Assembly: GCF_006345805.1 (NCBI RefSeq)
Contig: NC_042998.1
Location: 127,472,001 to 127,536,000 of the forward strand
Direction of reading: 5' to 3'
DNA length: 64,000 bases
From: Octopus sinensis
Taxonomy: Eukaryota
The notes under the pieces are model-generated. The model saw only the letters and a list, made by a program, of their open reading frames with translations, was not told the DNA's origin and did no database searches. The translations under genes were made by a program, and so were the position numbers. This document shows positions 1 through 14,877 of this stretch, piece after piece; within the stretch, counting starts at the first letter, position 1; the number at the start of each line of letters is the position of its first letter.

Positions 1-2914
1 AACTTACTGTAAGCAGAGAATTCTAACAACGCAATAAGTTAATCATATTGTAAATCAGTAACTTTGTATGTCGACTGGATAATAACAACAAAATATTTCA
101 CAAGAAAATTTAAGACATGGAAATTATTTGCTGCATCGCTTCACACGTGATAAAGAACAGAAAAACAGCGAATGAAAGAAGAACAAAGAGAAAGTTTGTG
201 GAAACGTTCTGTGCTAGTAGGATACACCGTGTTAGAGACAGATTGTGCGGGAAAGCACTAGGCATGCATAGTTTGAGTTAATGTAGTTAATAGATATAAA
301 GTTTTTGATATAGAGATGTCAGTGTTTTACGGACCTTTCATATCATTCAAAACTGATGTTGATATTATTCAATGTAAATCGATAACGACGCAGATAAAAT
401 AAAGTTGAATAAATGGAGTTGTAATATATTTAATCGCAGAATAATCCTTAATATTACTTGTCGATGCCTGGCAATGTTTTCGTCAATAAAATAAAAGTAC
501 TCATTTTCAGGAAACTGTATTTGGCATGAATGACATAAGACGCATTACTATATGATTCAAGGCTATAAGGAAGATAGGATATTTGTAAATATCTTATTGA
601 CGATGAAAAGATTTACTCATATTAAAATATGCATGAGAGTTGAGAATTTAGTGCAAACCAGCAATGATGAAAAAATTAATAATGGAAATATTCAGGGGTA
701 TAAGATATATATATTAAAATACTTTTCATCAGGAGGTATAGAATTTCTTTGCACCGAATTACAGCTACATATTTACTTATTACAATGTCAATACATACTT
801 TATTTGAAAATTAAGCAGACTGTGATGTAAGAAATGGGTATCGTATATCAAATCATTTTGTCTTGCTATATATCATATGCACTAAATCCACCAAACAGGA
901 ATGGCATAGATGTTGTATTTAGAAAAGGGAAGTAGGAACTTACCTTCATAGATATACTTCATAATATATAAGCCGTATGAAATACAAAGGAAACAAATAC
1001 ACTTCATCGGTTCTGCCATAATAAATTATAAAATATAATGCTAAGTACAAATTACATTTAAACAAGGTGATTACTAATTAAAATTTCAGTCAACAAAAGC
1101 AATCAGGAAACAGAGGAAATGACAATAGCATTTTTTTAGGGTTGATATAATCAAATGTACCTTCCCACAACAAGCTTGTCTATGTAGTTAAACACTAATA
1201 TTATTGCATGTTATTTTCTGATGCTCTACTTACAATAATGGAAATAGTACAAACAACAATACTATCAGCAGAACGAACAACTGCAATAGGACAATTGTAT
1301 CATCTTTTCACAGGATACCATATAGCTAAACCCTGCATTAATAATAATAATAATCTTGAAAAGTACAATCATTAAAAATGTTTCTCGTATTCATGTAGAA
1401 AAACTGCATGAATACACTGAGCTCAAATGGTATTTTATTTGGCAAGTGGAACACTGAAAGAGGTTTTCGTAAATTTAGACATAGCAAAAATCTTATTCTA
1501 CTGTTTAATGTGTATATGATCAGTTTCTTTACTTTTTTTCTTTTTAAAGAAACCTATGAAATTGTGCTATGTCTTATCTCAGGAAAAATGTTTCCAGAGC
1601 TATTGAAGTTCCACGTTTTAAATACATTTGAAATTATAAAATCTCAGATGAGAATGTCGGTGATAGGAGAAAACAGAACATTTTCATTTGTTATCAGGGA
1701 GTCATTTGCAAATTGCTTGTCTGCAAAGTCAACATAATCAACAAAAACCTACAATCAGAATTTTTTAAAAATCAAAAGATAGCAACAATAAAATATAGTC
1801 ATATAACATCAGCTATTGTTATTGACATTATAGAACGGTTCGTGAGCCATCGTGGTCAATTTTCCAATGAACGAAGAAAGTAAATAATCAAGTATTGCTA
1901 TTAGTTCTTCACATTTTCTTGACAATTTAGAGATTTGGATTGTTAAATAATTTGTACAGAAATTTGAAGAGCATGATAGTATACTGCCAGAATTGGAGCA
2001 CATGGATATTGTGTCAGCATACACGGACAGGATTACTTTAGAAGTAGAATAACTTTGAATTTCAAGGAATCTGAAAGGTATATATTTCCGGAGATATTTC
2101 GATTGAAGCATTCTAGCAATGCCCTAGTTAGATATAACTCATGAAATAGGTTGAAACATAAAGTGGCGAATTGTTACATTGTGGCTAATTATTGCAGTGT
2201 GGTGATATGCTGCAGAGGTGATGATATATTCCAAATGACTAATAGATATCTGCTCTGGGGAATATCTTAGTGAAGAAAGTGTCCAATTTTAATAATGAAC
2301 GTACGCACGGTTTCACGCTTTTCTCAAGAAATTATTTATATTTCGTGTTCGGTCATTCAAAGACGTGGTTTCTATTCTGATGAGTAACAACAAATGTAAA
2401 ACTCAAGCCGACCTATTCCTTGATTTCGGTTACTGAAAATGCTACCATATAAACATAAACTAATATATTCATATATACGTTCACGGGGATTCTAAATTCA
2501 TGCTTCTAAACATCTTGTGTGTGTGTTTCTCGAATATACTTTATATAACGAAAGCTGTGTTCATTCTTTTAATAATAATCTGCGAATCTACAAACTTGCA
2601 GCATGTCAAATTACATAGTAGTAGACTTTTACCTTTTCCATTAGTAAATTTATTATTGGTAATTTTGTCACTTCGAGAGCATAGTAAATTAACATATTAA
2701 GCATTCATAAATACAAAATACATATCGACCAATTCCTCACTGGCGACTACCAAAGATTTTGCGATTTTCCCGTAGAGTATATTTTCCCACTGACACTAGA
2801 TGTCTTTACGAAGCATATTGTATATGATATCTTTGCACACACACTCACACGTATTTATAGATACACAAACTCATACGCACACGAATATATTATATATGTT
2901 TGTATGCCTGACAC

Positions 2915-2963
<49 letters not shown>

Positions 2964-3694
2964 CATATATATATAGGTATGTATGTATATATTACATTTC
3001 TGTGTATGTATGTACGATTGTATATGTTTGTGAACAAATGCAGTGATCGTCTACATGTGTTTGTATATGTGTTTGTATATTTACGATTATATTTATTATT
3101 TTCGCTGCATTGGCTTTTAATAGATGCAACCCTAAGGATTAGATATTTCTGATATGACAAGAGCAGCCGAAAAAATACGTTGAAAAGGACATGAAACAAA
3201 CTGATAAAATTGAGATCCAAAAATATATAATACAATAACCTACTAAACAGTCATACAGAACACGAAGCACCACCATCAATAAGTCTAGCAACCATATAAG
3301 CAGTAGGAGAAGCTACAGCATTAGTAATATAAAGCAGTAATTACATACGAAATGGAATCGTTATTAGCTTTTTAGAAGCAGAATTGACATCACATAACTG
3401 AAAAAATACATAGAAAATGATATAAGGATAAAAAAAAAAGCCTACAATTAACTTCGAAGATGATAACGATTCAAAATGAATGTTGTTGTAGTTGTTGTTG
3501 TTCTTTTTCTTGCTAGAGCGGGGCTTGATAGAGAAGCACGATATATTTTGAAAAAAATATATAAAACAAGACATTAAAAAATGACACAGAATAAACATGT
3601 AATTACGAAAGCTTTTCTAAACAAATCCTCCTCTGATTCCAAACAAAGAACAATTTCGCATTTCGTGAATACAGCCACAGACACGTATATATTA

Positions 3695-3771
<77 letters not shown>

Positions 3772-3795
3772 GTATGTATAAATATATATACACGC

Positions 3796-3827
<32 letters not shown>

Positions 3828-4384
3828 ATTTTAGAGAGAGAGAGAGGGATTTGTGAAGCTGTATGGGTGAGTTGCTGGTTGTGTGGTTTGTAAAGACAGA
3901 TGTATATATTATATATGTAGGTATTATATGCATATGTATGCAGACATATACGTACACGTCTGCCATTTAAATGTCTGAAGTTTTCAAGTGCTTCCTGTTA
4001 GTTCCCTTTTTCTGCTAAAGATCGGTAAGACAGGTTCTCACAGACTGGTGGTTAATGAAAAACTGTTATCCAGTCATATCTAATAAGTTAAGCACCAGGA
4101 AGCTTTCCTTATTTTGAGCGATAGCCATTCAAAAAGCTTCAGATTGATCGTTAAGAACCTTCCAGAAACAGCCAAGTCTTCTTTAAAGCACATAAAGAGA
4201 CTTAACAAAAGAATGTGCATGGAACAATGAAGTGCTATCTAGGTAAATATAAAAACAGAATGCTGAAACGAATCAGAACCCAAGTGCGCATCATCAGAAT
4301 GGATTTGGTGCAAAAAATAACATTCTTGACATTTATTATGTGTTGATAAGAGAAATACAGAAATTTGGCAAGTGAGGAACATTT

Positions 4385-4520
4385 GGTAATATCAGCCCCC
4401 GGGATTTTACAGATTACTTCAGAGATACCCTATCAATCCTCAAAAGGTAATGATGACCGCAGCGGGATTTGAACTTAAAGAATTAGCATATGTACCACAA
4501 GGTATTTTGTCCGATGCTTC
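4385..4520 (-). mobile_element. Diverged SINE family B copy (same family as 12429-12663)
   Basis: Reverse complement resembles the family B core (..gttcaaatcccgctgcggtc..ccttttgagg..); heavily diverged, ends approximate. Confidence 0.5.
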
Positions 4521-4561
4521 AAATGAACAGCAGCTTCCATTTGATTATCATTCCGTGTGTG

Positions 4562-4800
4562 AAGACACATGGCCTAGTGGCTAGGGTGTTGCACACACTA
4601 TCGCAAAATGTTTCTTTCAATTTCTGGACCGTGTGATATGTTGGGTTATTGAGCAAAGCTCTTCATCGCATGTTGCTCCGCGATCACTTCCACCCCTGAC
4701 TTGTTTTACACCATGCATTACTTCAAGGAAAATCGATTTGTTAGCGGGAATGTACAGTACAAACATTTGATTACTGAAAACAAATTATTTGTCTGAGTTT
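4562..4800 (+). mobile_element. Diverged tRNA-derived SINE (third family)
   Basis: A-box-like tggcctagtggctagg, decayed B box, followed by ttattgagcaaagctcttcat..tgttgctcc central domain. Confidence 0.45.
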
Positions 4801-5653
4801 ATCAGCAAGAAACGGCAGGACAGTATTTGCCGGACTACAAAAGACTACCATACATGAATCATTTTGTGTGTATGTTCGTATATCTAAAATTGTCTATTAT
4901 TTCACACGTTAATTCTACTCTTATTACCCAATACAGCAGTGAAAGACTTTTGAAAATAGTCTCCCCTATGTTTATTCTAATTTTTCACAATTTGTGCACA
5001 AAAGTCGTATGTTGTGTAATTTTGTGACCAAAATATGAGTATACTGAATGCTTGTGTAAATGTAAACTGGAAATCTTGTGAAGGGAATTTCAGTACATGA
5101 TGCTTGTCATAGCTAATAAAACTGAACTGAAAATCTTTTAATGAGGGCTTGATGAAACCCCCACCGACACTTGCACGAAAATTATTTTAAAGGAAGCATA
5201 TCGAAATTGAATTTAGAAATTTCTATAAAATAAATATATTGAAACTACTCTAGGCTTATAGATGTTTAGGAATGCTTTAAAAAAGAAAAATCATATTAAA
5301 TTTTTATACATTTTTATTAAAACAAAATTCAAAATGCTTATAAAAATTCAATGTTTTTCTTTATTTAAAATTCCTTATAATATTTTATGTTTCATTTTTA
5401 ATGAAACAAATGCTCAAAAGCGGGTATTTTGTCGGAAGGGGTGCTGATGTGAGGCTTTTGCCGCTCTTTGCCTTTTAATTTTATACAGCATTATGATTCT
5501 ATAAAGTAACGTGTTTAGTTGAGTTTTATTCTATACTTTAAACTACTTTGTTCAGTTTGTTGTGTCATTAAATAAAACATCAATGGTTATTTCTTATTTT
5601 ATGTGATGCAATGTGGAAATAAATCATTAACAATAACATTCATCAATTCATAG

Positions 5654-5655
5654 GC

Positions 5656-5724
<69 letters not shown>

Positions 5725-5730
5725 TATTAC
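5654..5730. repeat. (TTA)n microsatellite
   Basis: Direct reading. Confidence 0.95.
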
Positions 5731-6209
5731 TGTTGGAAATGGTTACAGCAAAACTCATTTAATTACAAAGCAGTTTGAAAAACCTACCCACATGCTTAAT
5801 GTGAATATCTTCATCAATAGTATAGCTTATGTTGATTTACAAAATTTTGGCATAACACTCCACAGAATAACATACATATTTCAGTCAATTATTCTAATTT
5901 CTCTCCTCCTTTCATTGGCATTTATCCAACTCTCTCACGACTAATAACACGTCTATCCAATTCATAGATTCTGATTAGCATATCGAAATGACATTCATCG
6001 ACTTGTTTTCTGGGTGGATTCATTTGCCTAAATTTTCGCTACATGTCCGCACCTAACATAAAACAAGTTCCCCTACAGGCCATTTTGTTTACTAAAACGC
6101 CAAACTAATTTGGGCAAAGTTTGAAATCATTTTGAATTTCAGGGGTCCTTTTTTTTTTCTTTATGACCCAGAAAATTTTAAGCCATTTAACTAGCTAATT
6201 ATTGTAGTA

Positions 6210-7480
6210 TTTTCAGCTAATAAATGATTATTTTATATATATGAAATTCGCCAGAAAGTTCGAAGTCACAATCTGCAATTGAGGATAAATCAAATGTTGA
6301 CCAGTCTTGTGGCATCTGTTCTGAAAGATTTTCGACATAGCTACAAATGCAGATTTTGTTTTATTTTGTTCTTATTAGTATCGTAGCAAGGCTTTAACTT
6401 CATCACGTTATGGAACATAGTCTCCTAGATACGGTTTATTTGTTCTGTTAATTTTTGCTTCCCGCAAAAATGAAGCGATTCAATCGTTGTTAAACCACTT
6501 CTTTTTCTATAATATTGAATAGCACAATTAGTCCTTTAAAGGGATCAATTAGATCTTTAAATCTACTTTGTATATAATGTCATGAATTTTCTGCGACAGT
6601 ATCTAAATACATGAGCATGACATGTCTTCAAAGTATGTGATGCATGCCTTATATCTTTTTACTGCAATACCTTGCAATGCAAGGTATGATTTCATTAAGT
6701 GGGAAAAAGTCAGAAGTTACATCGTAGAGTACTAAGCGATTTCTTTATATCTGTGTCTTTTGACTAATATCGAGAATACTTAGTACAGATTGTTTTCATA
6801 ACAGTGTCAAAACTTTTGTTGTTTCTTAGTTATATTTGTTTCTGTTCATCACAAATCCCCTTTAGTAATGTGTTGCTCAACTAAATGTAGAGTATCTTGA
6901 TTCAGTCCATAAATTCTACCCATTATTACTGTTGCATCATCTGATGTAAATATCAAACTTTTATGGTGAAGAGCCTGAGTTTTCACATTACAAAACTGAT
7001 GATCGCTAAAACAATCGAAAATCATGTACACTCGCTACTGAACTATACCAATAAAAATATCTTTCATACTCAGAACAGAATAAGACACGTGTTGGCTGAG
7101 ATGCCCGAACTTTCATCAACTGTTTGCTTTTAAAAATCTGCTAAACCTTTTCTTTTCTTCAAACAATATAGTTTCTTGAAGCTCAAATATAATTTCTGTT
7201 CATCTGCTGCAGCTAATGAAACATTTTCTTACACGAGCCTTTGTGCATTCTCGTTATACGAATGTTATGCCAAATGACACATAAAAACGTCAAAGTTTAG
7301 AATATCATTGCACTTCTTTCAACTTGCCTCGTCCAAATTAATTCACTGCAAACATATAAGTCCTGGTTCTGAATCATACATAAATATTCCTCGTACCGCA
7401 AGATTTTATAACTTCAGGAGCTTTTGGTGAAGCCGTTTCCTTGTTTAAAAACATTTTCGTTTATTTTAAACTTCGAATTT
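6210..7480 (-). pseudogene. Decayed hAT-superfamily (ZNF862/ZBED-like) transposase relic
   Basis: Minus-strand fragments VDESSGISANTCLIL (first catalytic Asp motif) and FTSDDATVIMG...HLVEQH (resembles SDGASVM.G...HC; ORF 6849-7031); many stops and frameshifts, ends approximate. Confidence 0.55.
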
Positions 7481-8030
7481 CTCAGAGCAAATCGATAGTT
7501 TTCAAACAAATATTTTTAAAATGAAAAACGAAAAAGAAAGAGGATTCAGAGGATATCATCCAAATTTGAAACAGATCTCCATAAATGACATTGTACGAAC
7601 ACTGGCCTTTAAATGTATGTGCAGCCTTGTTGTTGATGCACAAACCGAAGCAAGAGGGATGGGAGAATATAAATCATTGATGCGCAAGTGATGTGTTATT
7701 TGATTAAAAGTAAACCCCAACTATCTGATTGATAGAAGCATTTAGCTAAAAGATTATTTTAAAATACCTAAAACTATGAATTACCACGGCATTTTAAATG
7801 ACTAACCTGTCTGCACACAGAAGGTTAGATTTATTTCTTCTGTACGTCTCTTACAAAATATGTGTTGGAAGTATTTGTGCGGATAGTTGGGAGAAACTGC
7901 CGTGCAATCATGTATACAAGTAAGGTATCATTTCAGTTAGAGCAATACATCGAGGGTAGTAAAGTGACTGAAGGTATCTACTAAACCAGAGTTAAAAATC
8001 ATCTCCGATGCTACTAGTGATGAATCACAA

Positions 8031-8086
8031 CGTGACATGAGCTATAGAGCCTGCATCACGTGACAAAAGCTATAGAACCTGCATCA
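8031..8086. repeat. 28-bp tandem duplication
   Basis: cgtgacatgagctatagagcctgcatca followed by cgtgacaaaagctatagaacctgcatca. Confidence 0.85.
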
Positions 8087-8402
8087 CACTTGTCACAAAA
8101 CTTATATCACAAAAGTTATATAAGTAACAAAAACAAAGTACATAGGTATTTTACTATATTTTATACATGAAATTCACATTAAAACTTCATTACAATTTAA
8201 TCTGTATTCAAGGTTATAAAATACAAATTCAAAGGAGAAAAATCGATAATCAATATAATGTATGCATATCAGTCGCATGCATTCGGGATGCAGGTATACT
8301 GCTCTACACAACATGGTCTGGAGGACGTGTGAATACAAGATGTGTATATATATATATATATATATATGGATGTATATATATATATTATATATATATATAT
8401 AT

Positions 8403-8457
<55 letters not shown>

Positions 8458-8511
8458 GTGTGTGTGTGTGTTGATATATGTACATGTATGTGTGTGTATA
8501 TATGTATACTC

Positions 8512-8740
8512 CTTTACTCTTTTACCTGTTTCTGTCATTTCACGGTGGCCATGATGGATCATCGCCTTTAGTCGAGCAAATCAACCCCAGGACTTATTCT
8601 TTGTAAGCCTAGTATTTATTCTATCGGCCTCTTGCCGAAACGCTAAGTTACGGGGACGTAAAGTCACTAGCATCGGTTGTCAAGCGATGTTGGGGGGGAC
8701 AAACACAGACACACAAACATACACACACACACACACAGAC

Positions 8741-8815
<75 letters not shown>

Positions 8816-8978
8816 TACGACGGGCTTCTTTCAGTTTCCGTCTAACAAATCAACTCACAAGGCTTTGGTCGGCCCGAGGCTATAGTACAAGACACATGCC
8901 CGAGGTACCACGTAGTGGGACTGAATCCGGAACCATGTTGTTCGTAAGCAAACTATTTATCACAGAGCCACTCCTACG
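8512..8978 (-). mobile_element. SINE family A, full length (tRNA head, CORE-like domain, internal TA/CA microsatellite, LINE-derived tail)
   Basis: Minus strand aggagtggctctgtgat..ggattcagtcccact..cctcgggcatgtgtcttgtactatagcctcggg..gaaactgaaagaagcccgtcg, (TA)n(TG)n, then ..cgtaacttagcg..gactaaaggcgatg..; about 11 homologous copies in the window. Confidence 0.9.
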
Positions 8979-9281
8979 TCTATGTTAACGTTCTTAAAAT
9001 ATTATCAGGCACACGCACATATAGATAAATGAATGTTGATATGCTGAGTCTGTTGATGATCACCCGATCAATTAAAATGTGATTCCTTTTATGTCGATTT
9101 CTCACCCTCTAGAAATATTTAACTCGGTATTTTCAAAATGCAATTGTAATTTATTAATTTGTAATTTGAATGAGTTGGGTATTGAAACAATTGTAGATAA
9201 TGGAGAATTGACAATATATTAATAAACCGATGTTTATCTGTTTAGACTGTCCGTTTTCTTTTTATCATGTATATATATATA

Positions 9282-9327
<46 letters not shown>

Positions 9328-10480
9328 GGAGTGTATGAGTGTGTGTGTGTGTAGATATGTATATATACATATGTATATTTGGATATATATGTATGTATAT
9401 ATGTATATATATATGTATGTATGTGTGTATGTATATGTCTAAATATATATATATATCAGTGTGTTACGGAATTGCTTCCGGAAGGTCACTCAGGGAAACC
9501 CGAAAGGCTCCATGGCAGAAGACACCTTTCAGCTCTGTAACTGTCCATGCGTATCCTGCATCATTATAACATTCGTGGTAGTTGTTGCAACCGAGCGAGA
9601 ACAGGAGAGCAAGTCTGCCCGCTCAGATCATTCTTACTATGATAATAAACTCCTGCTACTTTGGAATTAATTTGCCGAGAGGTTTCAAACGGGTGCTTCG
9701 GTAAACACTTACAAAAACTATGGAGGTTAGGATCCTAAGACACACATGCACATTTATAATTAACCAATATCTGGTATTGCTTGCAGCTCCATAGATGAAG
9801 TTAACCTACTGATTTTAGCTTCCGCTCTGGTGTATCCTTTGATGGAGAGGTGCTAAGTGTACTTGGGACAAGGCACCTATTTAAGCTAATAGCTCTACAA
9901 TACCTCCGAGCAACGAGAAACGCGCTAGCTCTGCGCGCGCGTGCGGATGTCACTGTGTGTTTTACGTGTGTAGACCTGAAATATTTGCTACATAAATAAA
10001 TCTACACCTATTTGATTTCCAAGCATTAGATTTTACATGATGTTGAAACATGCTATTGTCCTTTTAAGTAAACGGAACAATAATTGCAAATCTTCTTACA
10101 AATCTGCTTCTGAGCAATTATTGCCCATCAACCTTATATTTCGAGTACAAAACACGTAGTAATTTTAATCGCTTTACATCACACATGGCTCATCACCATA
10201 TAAAATCAATTAGTCGCCCACGTAATTAAGTAGAATATTTATACAGACCACATGAAAATGTGTAATAAAGGTAAATCTACATTTATTTATTTGAAGACCA
10301 TTTTCAAGACAAACTTTGGCTGTTGATCAAACACCATATGCAACCTGTTTCAATTTCCATACTTATTATTTGATTTTAGCGCATATATAATGAATATTTT
10401 AATGAATATTTTTGTGAATAATGTTTATTATTGATTTTGATATATTTACATTAGAGTGTTTTATATTTTATAAATTAATA

Positions 10481-10700
10481 TGGCAGCGAGCTTGCATAAT
10501 CATAAGTACGCTGGACAAAATGTTTCGCGGCATTTCTTCCGGCTTTACGTTTTAAGTTCAAATTCCGCTGAGGTCGACCTTGCCTTCCATTCCTTTCAGG
10601 ATAAAACAAATAAGTTCCAGTTGGACCCAAGGGTCGTTGTAATCGATCTTCCCACTCCCCAACATATATCAGGCCTTTTGCCTATAGTAAAAATAAATTT
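10481..10700 (+). mobile_element. SINE family B copy
   Basis: gcgagcttgcataatc..gttcaaattccgctgaggtcgaccttgccttccatt.. homologous to 12429-12663. Confidence 0.8.
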
Positions 10701-10854
10701 CATGGATTAATAAGCAGCGGAGAAGTAGTGCCAGTACTATTCTGGAACTAGTGAGGACAACATGACCCCAAAAGTTCATATCAAATGTTTATAAAAATTT
10801 AGAATCTGTTAAAGCTTAAGGGAAAGGCTGTAGTGTTAAAAAATATTTTCTAAC

Positions 10855-11355
10855 TAGAAAGGGTATGGCCTGGTCAGCCTGTAAGGATATGCATAAGATC
10901 TGGTCATCAAATCTAAGTAGAGATTTCAAACTCAAAATCTTCAAAGCCAGTCGAACCAATTCTACTATATGGCTCAGAAAACTGGACGTTATCAAAGAAG
11001 CTTGAGAGGCGGTTGGATGGAACTTACACTAGCCTCCTTATGAGAGCTCAAAATCTCTCGTGGAAGCGTCATCCAACCAAAGTACAAATATATGGGAAAT
11101 TACCACCTGTATCATCTCTTGTGAAAGGTAGAAGAGTCCAATTTGCCGGACATAGTTGTAGAGCTGAAAACGAGGTAATTTATAGCTCTTCTCCTGTGGA
11201 AGCCATCTGCTCGCACACTCTCCTACCCTGATGTAATCTCCAGGGATACAGGCATCCAGCAACAGGATCTCCGTAATACTATGATGGACCGTGAAGTCTG
11301 GCGTAACATAGTAAATACCATTGTCTCGACCACGGTCGAACAATGATGATGATGT
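10855..11355 (+). mobile_element. 5'-truncated RTE-clade LINE, 3' end
   Basis: Frameshifted translation RKGMAWSACKDMHKIWSSNLSRDFKLKIFKA/EPILLYGSE/WTLSKKLERRLDGTYTSLLMRAQNLSWKRHPT...RRVQFAGH; ends in a (TGA)n tail at about 11343-11354. Confidence 0.85.
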
Positions 11356-11561
11356 GTTAAAACAGGTGAGAGATCTAGTCTGCAGTTCAAATGTATGCAT
11401 TTTGGGTCTAATGGATTTTTTGCCACGAATGAAATTTAAACAATGAAAAAGAAGTATGTGAGAGATAAAAAAACAGGCACAACTGAAGTCCACATCTCAA
11501 AATTTAGACATCAAATGTGGGTCCAAGCCTCATCTGACATTGACTAATGTTTTTCCTTAAG

Positions 11562-12036
11562 ACACAGGCTTGGCTGTCTCGTAAGTGGTTTATTTCCCAA
11601 CCACACGGTTCCGGTTTCAGTCCCACTGTGTGACACCCGGATAAATGTCTTCTACTATAGGTTCGGCCCGTCCAAATACTTGTGAGTATATTTGGTAGAC
11701 GGAAACTAAAAGAAGCCCGTTGTATAGTCACACACACATGTATGTATGCATGTGTGTATAAGAGTGTGTGTGTGTGTGTATAAGCGTGTGTGTGTGTATG
11801 CGTGTGTGTATGTGAGTGTTTTTGCGTCTCTGTTTGAACCCCCACCACCGCTTCACAATCAGTAGAGTTGTTTACGTCCACATAAATTAGCGGTTCGACG
11901 AAAAGAGAACCGATAGCATAAGTATCACACTTAAAAATATGTACTGAGGTCGATACATTTAACTAAGAACTCTGCAAGACTGTTGCCCGGCATGGCTGCA
12001 GTCTAGTGACTGACTCAAGTAAAAGATAAAAGATAT
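11562..12036 (+). mobile_element. SINE family A copy
   Basis: Head ggtttcagtcccactgtgtgac, gaaactaaaagaagcccg, internal (TG)n, tail catggctgcagtctagtgactg..aagtaaaagataaaagata. Confidence 0.85.
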
Positions 12037-12428
12037 CTTCGTATCTAATGCCTATATTTAAATTCAACGTGTAAGAAGCCATCTTAGTTTTTTTGCTACA
12101 TGGTATTAAAACATTGAAATATAAATAAGAGACAAAAGGGTAATTACCTTTTCAGAAATTTAAACTGAATCAAACCTGAGCTTTTATGACGAAACATCTA
12201 CGGCGTGTACAAGGAAAGTAGTCATTTTAGTATGAGGTTGCGTTTCCTTGATTAGTGTCCAAAATGTCACGAATATAAAACATGCTATATCATATGCATA
12301 CTCGTAACTGCCACTTAAAAAAACATTGATCTTCTGATGGTCTTTCTTCCGGTACAAGAATTACAAAGTTAACAATCTATGAAAGACTTTGGTGCCAGCA
12401 TCAAAGCACGCCTATATCAGTCAGGTAG

Positions 12429-12663
12429 CGAGCTGGCAGAATCGTTAGCACGCCGGGCGAAATGCTTAGCTGTATTTCGTCTGTTGTTACGTTCTGGGTT
12501 CAAACTCCGCCGAGGTCGACTTTTGCCTTTCATCCTTTCAGGGTCGATTAAATAAGTACTAGTTACGCAGTGGGGTCGGTGTAATCGATTTAAACCATTT
12601 GTTCGTCCCCTATATGTTTAGCCCCCTGTAGGCAATAAAGAAATATATATATATATATATATA
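12429..12663 (+). mobile_element. SINE family B, intact, with 16-bp target-site duplication
   Basis: cgagctggcagaatcgttagc (A box), gggttcaaactcc (B box), ..aataaagaaa(TA)n; flanked by tatatcagtcaggtag at 12413-12428 and 12664-12679. Confidence 0.92.
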
Positions 12664-13242
12664 TATATCAGTCAGGTAGATCAAGATACAAATCCTTAAT
12701 ACATGAACCACTGTAAGTATAGTACAATTCATCGCCTTGCCTCACACATTAATTTTATAAGCTCACTTTCTTCATAACTGGCCCTTCTCCATAAACTGAT
12801 AGATGTCTCTGGTCATGAGAGGTCGCTGCCCTTATTAATTTAGCGAGATTTTCAATTGCTCTCTACCCACTTTCATCAAGACCGTATGATCTGCATTTTA
12901 TCTTTACGTACATCTTCACTGTGACATATTCACTGATTTTATTTCATCTTTATTATTTGTTCCTTCCTTCTTAATTATATTATATATTATTAAGGTCTAT
13001 GATACGAATATATACGAGATGTATTTTTAAAAAGTGTTAACAGACACTACTCGATAATTGCAATGATTTTTTTATTATAAGGTACTTATTGTCTGAGTTT
13101 AGTTTTGTTCGTGTCCCAGTTTAGATTCAATTCTAAATAGTTCAGTCCTAGGGAATAATAAATTTATATTGAAGTTGTAGTACTTAATGATATTATTTTT
13201 CTGCTTTTTGGATGACTTCGTTGCTTTCTTCTTCTTTCTCAC

Positions 13243-13379
<137 letters not shown>

Positions 13380-13699
13380 TTAAGTCAGCACATTTTACGT
13401 ACAAGGCATGATCAAACTTGATACAGTTCAATAAAATTCAATTGATTACCATTGTAAACAACGAATATAATAGATAACAAATGACAATAATATTTAGGAC
13501 AAAATATTGTGCTTATAAAGACGAGGGAAAATAGGATGCAGTGACATTCTTCCTGTTTCCAAGGGTTGTCTCTGCGCAAGCTAAGTGAGCTAACCACAAC
13601 AACACGCACATGCACGTCAGTGCGAGCCATACAAGGAATGTAAACTATTCATCGTAATGTAAACGACATTCTTTCTTTCACTAGCATATTGATATCCAA

Positions 13700-13870
13700 C
13701 ATAAGCTCAAGGCCACACATTCAGGGAGTGTACAATCAATTATATCGACCACAAAACTTGACTGGTACATATTTTATCGACCTCGATATGATGAAAAGCA
13801 AATCAACACCAACAAGTTTTGAAGTCAGAAGATTTGAAATATGACAAGATATTTTGCTCGTCAGCCTAGT
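13700..13870 (-). mobile_element. Diverged SINE family B copy
   Basis: Reverse complement matches the family B body and tail (gtcgataaaatatgtaccagtc..gtcgatataattgattg). Confidence 0.6.
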
Positions 13871-14142
13871 GTATCTTCGATACATCGTTGTTTTGTTTTT
13901 AACCTTTTTTACACTAACGTACTGGTTTCTCATATAGGTGCAAGGAATACATATTCTGGGAGTATATATTTAACTTCTCCAAGATCGTTACTCGACAGAA
14001 ATTATTTTATGGATTACAAAGAGTTACAAAGGGATAAAATGTAAAAGCTCACCTTGACAGAAGTTGAACATCGAATGTACAAGGAAACACCTAAATACTG
14101 CAAGTATTCTATTCATACACTACCGTTCTCTCGAGCCATATG

Positions 14143-14197
<55 letters not shown>

Positions 14198-14557
14198 TAT
14201 ATATGATTGTGTGCATGTGTGTGTGTGTTTGTGCGTGTGTGTGTGTGTGCGCGCTGATATATGTGCATGTATATATATATGTATAAAGTTATAAATGTAC
14301 TTGTGCATAAGCAATAATATATATATAGAAACCTGTATTTCTATAAATATACGTATATGTGTGCGTGTGTGTGCATGTGTGTGCCTGTGTCTAGCTGTAT
14401 GTATGTATATATAATATATATATATGTGTGTGTGTGTGTGCATGTATATTTATATGTATGTACCTATAATAATACACACACGCACATAAATACAAACGCA
14501 TAGACAGACACATGCTCATATATATGAGTATATATCCCTCTCTTTCTCTCTGTATGA

Positions 14558-14591
<34 letters not shown>

Positions 14592-14756
14592 TTATATATA
14601 TATATATAATATATATATATATATACATATATATACATATATCATATAATATGTATATATATATATGTAAATATATATGCATATATATATATATGAATAC
14701 ATATACATATTTCTTTGAATAGTTGTACATATATATATAGGTGTATATATATATAT

Positions 14757-14792
<36 letters not shown>

Positions 14793-14808
14793 TCTTATAT
14801 ATATATAG

Positions 14809-14877
<69 letters not shown>

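Noticed and set aside
552-2700. ORFs 552-830, 1408-1737, 1809-2111 and 2500-2700
   Set aside because: Short, no recognisable motifs or splice structure; possibly very old transposon debris but unassignable
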